Positions 39,701 through 48,156 of a stretch of DNA of 64,000 nucleotides are shown here, in pieces. This DNA is from a virus. Position 1 is the stretch's first letter; every line of letters begins with the position of its first letter. Both the position numbers and the translations under genes were made by a program. The notes beneath the pieces are model-generated. The model searched no databases, was not told the DNA's origin, and saw only the letters and a program-made list of their open reading frames with translations. The stretch is taken from UHGV virus genome UHGV-1366828; one strand, written 5' to 3'.

Positions 39701-40005
39701 ATAATCTCCTTAGATAACGATACGTCAACATCTATTTTTTGAGTAGGAGTTTTAAACACATCGCCATTCTCAAACTTTATTCGAGCCTGAGCCTCTACAA
39801 TTCTAGGAAGCGAAAACGTCTCTTCCTGTGTTACAGGGAAGAAAAACGTACCGTCCGAAAACGAAACTTCATCCGGATACATCCGTGTTGTATCGTGCAA
39901 TGTAAATTCAATCTTTTCAACATTTGAAACATCTAGTGGTTCATCGTTGAATTTAATTGTCATTGCTATGTTATATTGGTCTCCCTGAGAAATTCTACCG
40001 GACAT
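39697..40005 (-). CDS. hypothetical protein (102 aa)
   Basis: ORF only. Confidence 0.3.
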   Translation of the reverse strand: MSGRISQGDQYNIAMTIKFNDEPLDVSNVEKIEFTLHDTTRMYPDEVSFSDGTFFFPVTQEETFSLPRIVEAQARIKFENGDVFKTPTQKIDVDVSLSKEII

Positions 40006-40052
40006 CGCATCACCTCCTTAATGTTATATTACTTCATCGTAAAGCAACACAG

Positions 40053-40583
40053 TTATTTGTTCTTGTCCCACTTCTTGTCATACCAGGAAGGAGCATCGTA
40101 TTCAACTAGCCCTGATTTCAATAACGCGATTTCTGTGACTGTCTTTCCGCCGACACTAAATTGAACAAGAATGCCATCATAGCCCTGTTCTCTAGCTATC
40201 TTGTGATAAAATACTTGTAAATCATCCAGACCCGTGGACATTCTATAGAAAGAATCTTTATACTTAATATATACAAAATTTCCTTCTTTAGTACGTTCAC
40301 GAGCAATTATTCGTGTTCCAAGAATATCGTTCAAGTCATTTCCTAAATACACACTGGTTACATCAGGCTGTTTTCCAAGGTCTATGAGATTGACTTTATC
40401 TAAATCTATTACAGAGGTTAACAGGGCTCCTTCGTCATCTGTACCGTCTTGCCAATATGATGTAGCCTCGTCTTTGGAAACAGTCCACCACTCAGCTCTT
40501 CCGTCCCCTTCTACATTCGGCTGTAGACCTTTAATAACCCCTCTATAGACTGGAATTTTTTCTTCACGTAGTAAAAATCTCAT
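40053..40583 (-). CDS. hypothetical protein (176 aa); weak ADP-ribosyltransferase-like hints (VYRG, TSV)
   Basis: Only short motifs; not a secure call. Confidence 0.25.
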   Translation of the reverse strand: MRFLLREEKIPVYRGVIKGLQPNVEGDGRAEWWTVSKDEATSYWQDGTDDEGALLTSVIDLDKVNLIDLGKQPDVTSVYLGNDLNDILGTRIIARERTKEGNFVYIKYKDSFYRMSTGLDDLQVFYHKIAREQGYDGILVQFSVGGKTVTEIALLKSGLVEYDAPSWYDKKWDKNK

Positions 40584-41443
40584 TCGGCGTTCTCCGAATC
40601 TGAAATTAGATTATCAAAATCAATCTGTCGTTTCATTGGCCTGTTCTGCTTTTGGAATCTGTACTCGTTACCCTTCTGGAACTGTGTCTTAGTTCTTGCC
40701 CACTTGTTGGCAACATTAAGTAGATCTTTATCTGCACTAACTGAGATGTCGGGTTGTCCTTCTTCTGGTTTCTCCTCAGGCGGCTGTAGTTGTAGCTGAA
40801 CATCGCCCGTATACTCACGTTGATATATCGCAGGATATATTACATCTGCATACATGTTAGGGTAATGTTGTTCCATGTATCTGATGTAATTAAAGATTAC
40901 AGAAGCTACTTTAGTTAGCCAACTATTATTTGACAACACTAACAGTATATGTTTGCAACCCCTGCCCTTGGTGTCATTTGGGTTTGTAATATTAGAAGGC
41001 CTAGTTTCCTTGTCTCCTACAATAATGTCATGCACGCTTAGATAATAGCCAAATCTATACTGAAAATCGGGACAACTACATCTAACGTAAACATTCTCCC
41101 CGTTAAAGGAGCTTACAAGAGCTCTGATAACACACCGTAGGTTTAATACGTCATTGTTTGCTGCTAGTTGTTTGTGTATTTGGTCAAGTACTTCTCCAAA
41201 ACTGATTCGAACAATATAATCGTTAGTTTCTCCTCTTACTTTTACGTCTACGTCAAGAATGTTATTCTGGAAGAACTTATTCATATCAATGGAATTCATT
41301 TCTCTTACAGAATTAGCAACTCTGCTATGTAGACGTCTTTCATAACGATTCTTTCCACGAAACTGATTTTCAGGAGCATAATTATCTGCGTGTTTTGAGT
41401 TTGAAATCAGCTCTTGTCTCTTATCTTCTAAAAGTTTGTTCAC
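40580..41443 (-). CDS. SWIM zinc-finger domain protein (287 aa)
   Basis: CSCPDFQYR ... CKHILLVL matches the CxC-x(n)-CxH SWIM signature. Confidence 0.55.
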   Translation of the reverse strand: MNKLLEDKRQELISNSKHADNYAPENQFRGKNRYERRLHSRVANSVREMNSIDMNKFFQNNILDVDVKVRGETNDYIVRISFGEVLDQIHKQLAANNDVLNLRCVIRALVSSFNGENVYVRCSCPDFQYRFGYYLSVHDIIVGDKETRPSNITNPNDTKGRGCKHILLVLSNNSWLTKVASVIFNYIRYMEQHYPNMYADVIYPAIYQREYTGDVQLQLQPPEEKPEEGQPDISVSADKDLLNVANKWARTKTQFQKGNEYRFQKQNRPMKRQIDFDNLISDSENAE

Positions 41444-41468
41444 AGAATAATTATACCTCCTTCTTTAA

Positions 41469-42098
41469 TTATTTTGTAGCTACGATTAGTTTTCCTTTTA
41501 CTTCAACATTATCTTGACCAAACACTTCGCCAATCTCTTCAGCGTAGTCCTCAAGCTTCATAAATGTTTGATACTTATCTCCGCCAGTAGGTCTACCTTG
41601 ACCTGTACCAGCACCCGCACCACAACCAACATATACATCAAAATAAGCAGTTCCACCAGGCTTCAAAATTGAGTAAATATTTGCTATGATTTCATTTACT
41701 CTAATGTCTTTTTCTTTTACAACATTCAGAACATTAGCGCAAGTTGCTGTGTCAGTGTGTCCGCCGACTTCGTCGAGTTTGTCAAGAGAAGCACTCTGCT
41801 CTTCTGCACTTTGATTATACTTATCAAACCCAATATAGTCTACGCCCTTTTCAGCTAAGAAATTAGCAATCTGAGCCTGAGTTGTTGCTTCCCCACAACC
41901 GTAGTCAAAATTAACAGTCCCGGGCTTCCAGTTACGAACGTTCTTGAATAGAGCAGGGACTCTACCCATTCCTTTATTTGCTACGCCGTTACCATGAGCA
42001 GTTGACTTGGAAGTGAACTCCTGTTCCTTGTCATAGGAAAATCTTCCTTCTTCCAAGGCCTTTAGCTTGTCGAAAGCTTCACTAATAATATAGTTCAT
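41469..42098 (-). CDS. class I SAM-dependent methyltransferase-like protein (209 aa)
   Basis: Motif I FDYGCGEA, motif II VDYIGFD, motif III ILKPGGTAYF. Confidence 0.5.
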   Translation of the reverse strand: MNYIISEAFDKLKALEEGRFSYDKEQEFTSKSTAHGNGVANKGMGRVPALFKNVRNWKPGTVNFDYGCGEATTQAQIANFLAEKGVDYIGFDKYNQSAEEQSASLDKLDEVGGHTDTATCANVLNVVKEKDIRVNEIIANIYSILKPGGTAYFDVYVGCGAGAGTGQGRPTGGDKYQTFMKLEDYAEEIGEVFGQDNVEVKGKLIVATK

Positions 42099-42120
42099 TT
42101 ATGACCTCACACGTTAACAA

Positions 42121-42438
42121 TCAAGAATTATAGAATAGTCTACGTAGCTGTGCCTTAACAAGGGCAGTAACAAGCTGGTCAGCAACTGAAAATTGATCCT
42201 TGTAATCTGCTGTGTCATAATCCTCTTTGGCCCACTTTGCGTCATATTCACGCACCAAGGTCTGAATGTCTTCAGGGTCAACATAAAGGCCGGGGCTGTC
42301 AAGAAATTCCGAAACCTGGTCCTCATAAAAGTCTTCAAGAATGCCGTAAACCTTATTACGAGCCTGTCGATAATCCTTTTCAAGCTCCTCAGCTTCATTC
42401 AGTTTACGAAAAGATTCATTTACTAATGCTTTATTCAT
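42121..42438 (-). CDS. small acidic protein (105 aa)
   Basis: ORF; D/E/Y-rich. Confidence 0.35.
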   Translation of the reverse strand: MNKALVNESFRKLNEAEELEKDYRQARNKVYGILEDFYEDQVSEFLDSPGLYVDPEDIQTLVREYDAKWAKEDYDTADYKDQFSVADQLVTALVKAQLRRLFYNS

Positions 42439-42443
42439 ATTAT

Positions 42444-43181
42444 TTACTCCTCAAATAGATTTATAAACTTCCCTGTGTATATGTAATGTTCAAGGGACAA
42501 TTTTCTTGACAAACAATTCGTTAACGCTTCCTTCAATAAAGAAAGCTCTCCTCGGTCACGTAACGTTTTAAAGATTTCATTCCCTCTACCGTATTCTCCT
42601 TCAATAGAAATTGAATTCTTTCGCATTAAGTAGAGGGCATCTAAAACATCAGTAATCTGCTCGTAGTCCTTTGACGTAATTGCCGCGTGAATTCTTTCAG
42701 TCCAAGCATCTAATTCTTGTGTTAGATCTCGCTTCTCAATCGTAATTGGTTTGGGTTCTTTCACCCACTTATTTCTACGAATAGAATAAATACCGTTAGA
42801 TTGAACGGACGAATGTAAATCTTCAACATAGAGTTCAACAGGAATTTCTTTTATCTTTATGTCAAATTCTTTATTGAAAGCTGTCTTCTTTAGATTAAAG
42901 ACTAACGTCTGTATATCTTCAGGAACACCTTCTGTTAGTTCAGTGTTAACAATTAAGTGAACATCGATGTCGGAATGCTGTGTATAGTTGTAAGATGCAT
43001 TACTTCCTACCAAAACTACATCTACAATATGCATCGGTATTTCAACATACTCTTCAAAATTGTCTGCAATTTCAAGTAGCTTTTGTCTAACTTCAGGTAT
43101 CAATGTGTTATCTTTCCATAACTTTGGGTTTAAAGTTTCATGCAACTGAAAATCTTCAAGTACGTTCTTCATATGTCTCAT
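42444..43181 (-). CDS. nucleotidyltransferase (Pol-beta superfamily) domain protein (245 aa)
   Basis: VLVGSNASYNYTQHSDIDVHLIV matches the minimal NTase fold signature (GS..x9-13..D.D). Confidence 0.55.
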   Translation of the reverse strand: MRHMKNVLEDFQLHETLNPKLWKDNTLIPEVRQKLLEIADNFEEYVEIPMHIVDVVLVGSNASYNYTQHSDIDVHLIVNTELTEGVPEDIQTLVFNLKKTAFNKEFDIKIKEIPVELYVEDLHSSVQSNGIYSIRRNKWVKEPKPITIEKRDLTQELDAWTERIHAAITSKDYEQITDVLDALYLMRKNSISIEGEYGRGNEIFKTLRDRGELSLLKEALTNCLSRKLSLEHYIYTGKFINLFEE

Positions 43182-43450
43182 AAAAGATCCGCCAATCTAA
43201 TAATGTCTGAACTAGAAATCTTATTATTATGGTGAAGAGCAGTATGTGCGCTGCTTCCGTGTTCAGAGCTTTTTCTTACCAGACTAAGATTAGTTATACT
43301 ATAATTAGAGTGGTCTTTATCTTCATGATGTAACACCCAATCATCAGGGTCAATTGAAACTCCTGTAAGATACTGTACTAAAGCACACACTACTTTTTTG
43401 GCTTCGGTCTGCCCTCTAAATCCTTCTTCTAGTAATTTAAATCTCATTCT
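43178..43450 (-). CDS. small HNH endonuclease (about 90 aa); real start probably the internal Met MRFKLLEEG (the 135-aa ORF overlaps QueH)
   Basis: WVLHHEDKDHSNYSITNLSLVRKSSEH gives the HNH pattern (HH..D..N...NL....H). Confidence 0.5.
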   Translation of the reverse strand, partial: RMRFKLLEEGFRGQTEAKKVVCALVQYLTGVSIDPDDWVLHHEDKDHSNYSITNLSLVRKSSEHGSSAHTALHHNNKISSSDIIRLADLL

Positions 43451-43967
43451 TTGAATACTCACACCCACAATAATTCTGTTGATATAAATTATACTTCTCG
43501 CACAGTTGCAATGATCTAGGAAACAGATATCCGAAATCAAACGGCATATACATAACTCCCACAGACCCGCCAACAGCGGTTCCAATACTGTTTATAACAG
43601 CTGAATCTTTATACGGACTGATTGTTAATGTAGTTGAAAAATATCCAAATCCATTATTGTTTGCATATATTGCAGCACCCTTCAATCTCTGACCGATACA
43701 TACCTTGCATCTTTTTCCACCCTCGGGTTCATTACTTAAAGAAGAACATGCGTTATAATATTCCTCCGGATAGAAATCTGCAATAACTACCGGTACATTA
43801 TAAAGTTTACCGAGTCGGATAAGCTCGTCGGATCTTTTATAGTATTCAATTTCATCTGTAATACAAGGATTGTAATAATACAACGTTATATCAAAATACT
43901 TTGAGTACTCATCAATAACAGCACTACTACAGGGTGCGCAACAAGCATGAAGTAATAATTTATCCAT
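43437..43967 (-). CDS. queH: epoxyqueuosine reductase QueH (DUF208)-like protein (about 176 aa from MDKLLLHACCAPCS)
   Basis: N-terminal LLLHACCAPCS plus the downstream CKVC / CGCE cysteine pairs, as I recall for the DUF208/QueH family; size fits. Confidence 0.55.
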   Translation of the reverse strand: MDKLLLHACCAPCSSAVIDEYSKYFDITLYYYNPCITDEIEYYKRSDELIRLGKLYNVPVVIADFYPEEYYNACSSLSNEPEGGKRCKVCIGQRLKGAAIYANNNGFGYFSTTLTISPYKDSAVINSIGTAVGGSVGVMYMPFDFGYLFPRSLQLCEKYNLYQQNYCGCEYSKNEI

Positions 43968-43984
43968 CTGTTCAGTTCCTCCGA

Positions 43985-45397
43985 TCAATTCTTTTTCCAC
44001 ATGTAACATGACTGACCACAATCATATATCTCTACAAAACTGTGTGCGATCATTAACTCATCGTTTGATGTTCCTTTACCATAATGTGTTCCAAATAGCT
44101 GGTCAAAGCCTCTTTGTCTTAACAGGTTGTCTGTAATATGTTGACCCGTGTTTATGTTAAACCAGTGTCGTGTTGGAATACCATAATCGCGAAGTTCAAA
44201 CCCCAAGGAAGTATAAACGTCGCCGTTAAATTTACTGTTATCACAATAGGATATAATGGACGACGGAGAATAGTTCTTTACAAAATAACTAAATAACTTT
44301 TCAGCTCCGCCAACTACATATCTGTGAGAACAGTATCTTATAAGCTCGTATTCGTAATTCTTGTTATATCTTGGACGACCGAACGTCATAATTGAAACTA
44401 GTTCATCATTACAGTAAAGTCCCAAATCAATTGTGCTTTTAGCATAACCTTGTAGATGATATTTGTTCAGATAATTTATACAATCTTTCTTGTTGACTTG
44501 TTTTACAACACAGTTACGAGCATATACTTTTTCTCTGGGCAGAAGCAAAGAAACAATTTTATCCCAATCATCCCAATCCCAAACATGAATACATCTATAG
44601 CCGTTATCTTGAGCTACTTTACTCTTCTTATAATGATAATCTTTCTGAAGTGTTGTTGACCCAGGAATAGGACAGAATGTCACGTTGTGACAAGGCCAAG
44701 GATTTATTTCTATAAGAATGTCGTTTACTTTGAAGTCGTATTTAAAATGTTTGTTGTCATATCCGATGTAGAATTCTCTTGTATATTCAATTCCTGCAGT
44801 ATCCAACAATTCTGAAAACTTGGCGTTAGGCTTACTATCATTTGTATATTTTGCAAGGGCAAAAGAATTTACAACTCCATACTTGTCAAGGTTTGTAGCT
44901 GACCTTGCATGTTTAGCATGCTCAATCTTTTCTGGAACATTGAAATAATGTTTGTATCGTTCTTCAATTAGATGTTGTAATTCTTCATGAGATTTTTTAC
45001 CCCATGCAGCTTTACAACCTTCCGACACCTTTTCATAATGTTCTTCTTTTGTTATCCCCTTGCTTTGTAGATTGGCAAGCATCGTAGCGTAAACTTGTTT
45101 GTCATATTTTTCTTTGCTTCCTGCATTCTTATACTTAGTTTTAAGAACTAACCTTGCAGACTGCTTGCGTGGCTTTCTTATACCGTATTCTTTTATGACT
45201 TTATCTAATGTCCAAGATGTAATGTTGTACTTCTTCATCAGAAAGTCATAAGTACAGTTTTTATTCAAATATAAATCCGTAATTTCTTCACGTGGAATTT
45301 TTGACAATACATTCTTTTCAAACTTTTCTCTGTTAATTCTTTTAAGAGTTTCTGATGTTCCATTAGACATTTTACTGTTACTCCTGTGTGTAAACAA
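43985..45397 (-). CDS. endonuclease-like protein, paralog A (470 aa): N-terminal module + conserved C-terminal domain shared with the 45485-46987 gene
   Basis: C-terminal about 230 aa nearly collinear with paralog B (GYRCIHVWDWDDWDKIVSLLLPREKVYARNCVVKQV ... YELIRYC ... GGAEKLF.YFVK.YSP.S..SYCD.SKF.G.VY..LGF). EINPWPCHN + YHYKKSK is reminiscent of a PD-(D/E)xK-type nuclease core. Confidence 0.5.
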   Translation of the reverse strand: MFTHRSNSKMSNGTSETLKRINREKFEKNVLSKIPREEITDLYLNKNCTYDFLMKKYNITSWTLDKVIKEYGIRKPRKQSARLVLKTKYKNAGSKEKYDKQVYATMLANLQSKGITKEEHYEKVSEGCKAAWGKKSHEELQHLIEERYKHYFNVPEKIEHAKHARSATNLDKYGVVNSFALAKYTNDSKPNAKFSELLDTAGIEYTREFYIGYDNKHFKYDFKVNDILIEINPWPCHNVTFCPIPGSTTLQKDYHYKKSKVAQDNGYRCIHVWDWDDWDKIVSLLLPREKVYARNCVVKQVNKKDCINYLNKYHLQGYAKSTIDLGLYCNDELVSIMTFGRPRYNKNYEYELIRYCSHRYVVGGAEKLFSYFVKNYSPSSIISYCDNSKFNGDVYTSLGFELRDYGIPTRHWFNINTGQHITDNLLRQRGFDQLFGTHYGKGTSNDELMIAHSFVEIYDCGQSCYMWKKN

Positions 45398-45407
45398 ATA
45401 AAAAAAT

Positions 45408-45445
45408 ATGGAGAAGGGAGCTAAAGTCCCCTCCCCATAATATAT
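45408..45445 (-). terminator. rho-independent terminator between the two paralogs
   Basis: Minus-strand GGGGAGGGGA-cuuuagc-UCCCUUCUCC (10-bp stem, 2 G.U pairs) followed by AUAUUUUUUUAUUUGUUU. Confidence 0.6.
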
Positions 45446-45484
45446 TATAAGGTGTTTCTAAATTGTAAACAACTTGACCGTCTC

Positions 45485-46987
45485 TCAACTGAAAAATGTG
45501 TACTTGGCTTGACCCGCATCATATACCTCTACAAAACCGTGTTGAATCATCAGTTCTCTATTTGATGTGCCTTTACCATAATTGGTATGAAACAGATTGT
45601 CAAAGCCCACTTTGTTTACAGAAGAATCTAGTATATGTTGTTTACTATTCATGTTGTACCAGTGTTTACTAATATTTATACTTTCCAAGGTCATGTTTAA
45701 TTTCTGGTACACATTACCAGAAAATTTGCTCATATCACAGTAGGAAACAACCGATTTTGGAGAATACTTCTTTACAAAATAATCAAACAGTTTCTCCGCT
45801 CCTCCAATAACAGACTTACAACTACAATAACGAATCAACTCGTATTCATACTTATCTGTATACCGAGGTTTACCAAACGTCATCAAAGAGATTAAATCGT
45901 CATTGTAAAATAGACCGACTGCTATGTCCGAAGATATATAACCTTGTAAATGATAGTTATTTAGAAACTCTTTCGTTTCTTCTTTAGGTAGTTCTTTAAC
46001 AGTACATTTTCTGGCATATACTTTTTCTTGAGGACGAAGTAAAGAAATTATCTTCCCCTTATCATCCCAGTCCCAAATATGAATACACCTGTAACCATTC
46101 TGAGAAGCTAACCTAGATTTGTCTCTATGATATGTAGGACTTTTAACGTTATCATCACCAAAAGGTGACCATGTTGAATTGTGTGTAGCAGAAGGATTTA
46201 CTTCTACTAGTATATTTTGTCCTGTTAATTCAAAATCAAAACTTTTGTTAATAAGTGTTTTTTCTCTACTGAATTCTATGTTGTTATCAGACAACAATAT
46301 TCCAAATTCTTGATTAGGAGAAGATAGACTGCTGTTCCCCTTACTAAATTGACATTGAGGAAGCAATGTAGGAAACTCTACTCCATACTTTTCTAAGCAT
46401 GTTTGCTTCATGCTCTCTATAGCTTTTTCACGACTGCCAGGAAGCTGAGAAACATTTGTTATACCGTATCGTTCAATCAAGTTATTTTTCTGAGATTCTG
46501 CTATATGATCATAGGCTGCAGAAATTGAACCATAAGTTCTAATAAAACCTTCTTGAACTAGGTCAACACGTTGAAAAGGATTGTCTACACCATATCGTTC
46601 TTGGCAAGTCTTTTTAATTTTCTTCCGAATATCTGTGTTACCCGAAGCTGATGGTGTCCCGTATCTTTCAATACACGTTTCCTTAATCTTTTCTGTGTTG
46701 TTGTAATTAGGGTCTCCATATCTAGACTCTTTGGATTGCTTTATCCGATTCTTTATCGTATCGGATTTTGACGGATTGTCTACACCGTACTTCTCTATGC
46801 AGGTATATCTAGTTTCCTGTTGTCTACTATGAATCGGAATGCCTTGTTTCTCAAGAGCATTAACAACTACATACTTTGACGTATTATAATGTTTAGAAAT
46901 ATAATCCGCAGAGTGCGAACTATACAACCTTTCCAGTTCTTCTTTGTTTACAAAATCAAGAAATAGCTGTGTTTTATTTTTTCTCAT
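45485..46987 (-). CDS. endonuclease-like protein, paralog B (500 aa) with 4-5 N-terminal repeats C(I/L)E(K/R)YGV.NP...K.K.T
   Basis: Repeats CIEKYGVDNPSKSD / CIERYGTPSASGN / CQERYGVDNPFQ / ERYGITNVSQ / CLEKYGVEFPTL, then the conserved C-terminal domain shared with paralog A. Confidence 0.5.
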   Translation of the reverse strand: MRKNKTQLFLDFVNKEELERLYSSHSADYISKHYNTSKYVVVNALEKQGIPIHSRQQETRYTCIEKYGVDNPSKSDTIKNRIKQSKESRYGDPNYNNTEKIKETCIERYGTPSASGNTDIRKKIKKTCQERYGVDNPFQRVDLVQEGFIRTYGSISAAYDHIAESQKNNLIERYGITNVSQLPGSREKAIESMKQTCLEKYGVEFPTLLPQCQFSKGNSSLSSPNQEFGILLSDNNIEFSREKTLINKSFDFELTGQNILVEVNPSATHNSTWSPFGDDNVKSPTYHRDKSRLASQNGYRCIHIWDWDDKGKIISLLRPQEKVYARKCTVKELPKEETKEFLNNYHLQGYISSDIAVGLFYNDDLISLMTFGKPRYTDKYEYELIRYCSCKSVIGGAEKLFDYFVKKYSPKSVVSYCDMSKFSGNVYQKLNMTLESINISKHWYNMNSKQHILDSSVNKVGFDNLFHTNYGKGTSNRELMIQHGFVEVYDAGQAKYTFFS

Positions 46988-47043
46988 CTAGCTGTCTCCT
47001 TACAGACATATAAGTAAATCAAGCAGTAATCTTGAAGTAAGGT

Positions 47044-47101
47044 TCAAGAAACAGTTTCGAACCTGCTGTCCTGCTTGATGTGTAACACTTTATACAATTT
47101 T
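47044..47101 (-). other. nested inverted-repeat RNA structure 60 nt downstream of the capsid gene stop
   Basis: Outer 7-bp pair CAAGCAG/CTGCTTG enclosing CTTGAA-gtaagg-TTCAAG and a palindromic GTTTCGAAC; no U-tract. Confidence 0.4.
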
Positions 47102-47136
47102 GCTAGAGGGTCTGTTCCTTTGAGTATTATTTATCC

Positions 47137-48156
47137 TCAGGCCTTGATCTTACCCGCTACCAGGAGGCTAGGATTGAGAAGCTTCAGGTCGTACATCGTA
47201 CTCCAGCCTTGTGTGGTTCCACCATCGGCGAACTGAAGCAGCTGAGTAGGAACAACGCTCATGTAAGGAGCATAAACAGCGGCGGAGCTCATTAAATCGC
47301 TGCCGTTGACACCTACAATGAACTTACCAGCTTCAAGAGCAGGAGAAACGAACACCTTAAGAGAACCGAGAGTACCAGCGAAGTAAGGACCGTTAACATC
47401 GCTCACAGGAGCAGGAGTCCAGTCACGAATGAAAGCAAACACCGGAAGAAGGTCGCTGGCGCAAATCATGTAGTTAGGAACAAATTTCTTTGTACGGTCG
47501 TACACTACGCGCTTGGCATCTTCAACAGTTTCCATGAATCCCTGATAGTGCTCTGTTTTGGAAACACCTACATTAGGAGTCTTGCTCCATTCAAGGGTTG
47601 TGTCGGTCGGGGTATTGTCGATAAGAAGCTGAACAACTTCTGTGTCGATTTCATATTCGAGCTGACCAACAGCCTTCTCTGCAAGCTGGTCACCAAGGTC
47701 GAAACCGTAGTCGGTCTTAGCCTGGAAAGCAGCAATCTGAGAGTAGTAAACAGCGATACGACGAGCCTTCGCAACAAGAGCGATATTCTTCATCTCTGCC
47801 TTGAGCATCGGAAGGTCGTTCTGAGGAACAACTACGTTGTCGTAGTAATAAGCTACACGGTCAGTGGCAACAAGAGTTGTGGTAATTGTCTTGCCGTCAG
47901 CGCCAACATTCACATAAGTGGGATCACCAGTTGCGTGAGTAACCTTAACGTCGTACTTAACGCCGTCCTTCTCAAACGCGCCCTTAACAACAGGAGTCCA
48001 GGAAAGAGCAAGAGAAGCACCAGCCGTCGGAGTTTCAACAACACGGTCACCAGTGTAATCAGCATCGACATCGCCGAGAGCGAACGGGCTGTTCAGAAGC
48101 TTACCAGCAGTGGTCTGACCCTTGGTCTTACCAGCAGTATACTCAATGTAAGTTAT
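47137..48156 (-). CDS. major capsid protein (T4 gp23-like), exon 2 (339 codons)
   Basis: The frame stays open upstream of the annotated TTG back to a TAG at 48223-48225; no Shine-Dalgarno site; sequence continues exon 1 across the junction (...PMSSMSGF|ITYIEYTAGKTKG, compare T4 ...PMNSPTGQVFALRAVYGKDP); C-terminal ...AAVYAPYMSVVP resembles gp23 ...GIYYAPYVALTP. Confidence 0.7.
   Translation of the reverse strand: MTYIEYTAGKTKGQTTAGKLLNSPFALGDVDADYTGDRVVETPTAGASLALSWTPVVKGAFEKDGVKYDVKVTHATGDPTYVNVGADGKTITTTLVATDRVAYYYDNVVVPQNDLPMLKAEMKNIALVAKARRIAVYYSQIAAFQAKTDYGFDLGDQLAEKAVGQLEYEIDTEVVQLLIDNTPTDTTLEWSKTPNVGVSKTEHYQGFMETVEDAKRVVYDRTKKFVPNYMICASDLLPVFAFIRDWTPAPVSDVNGPYFAGTLGSLKVFVSPALEAGKFIVGVNGSDLMSSAAVYAPYMSVVPTQLLQFADGGTTQGWSTMYDLKLLNPSLLVAGKIKA

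Noticed and set aside
43178-44021. Annotated long overlaps of the 194-aa, 135-aa and 470-aa ORFs.
   Set aside because: These are artefacts of picking the longest ORF. Internal Met starts (MDKLLLH..., MRFKLLEEG...) remove most of the overlap and match the recognised domains.
47044-47101. tRNA-like look (7-bp acceptor-type helix, TTCGAAC loop).
   Set aside because: Only 58 nt long, with no anticodon arm and no properly sized D-arm/T-arm arrangement. Treated as a generic RNA structure instead.
47137-48156. Capsid exon 2 is noticeably GC-richer, with different codon choices than its neighbours; considered horizontal acquisition.
   Set aside because: More simply explained by codon bias of the most highly expressed late gene. 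Exon 1 and exon 2 fit one gp23-like protein, and the flanks are native phage genes.
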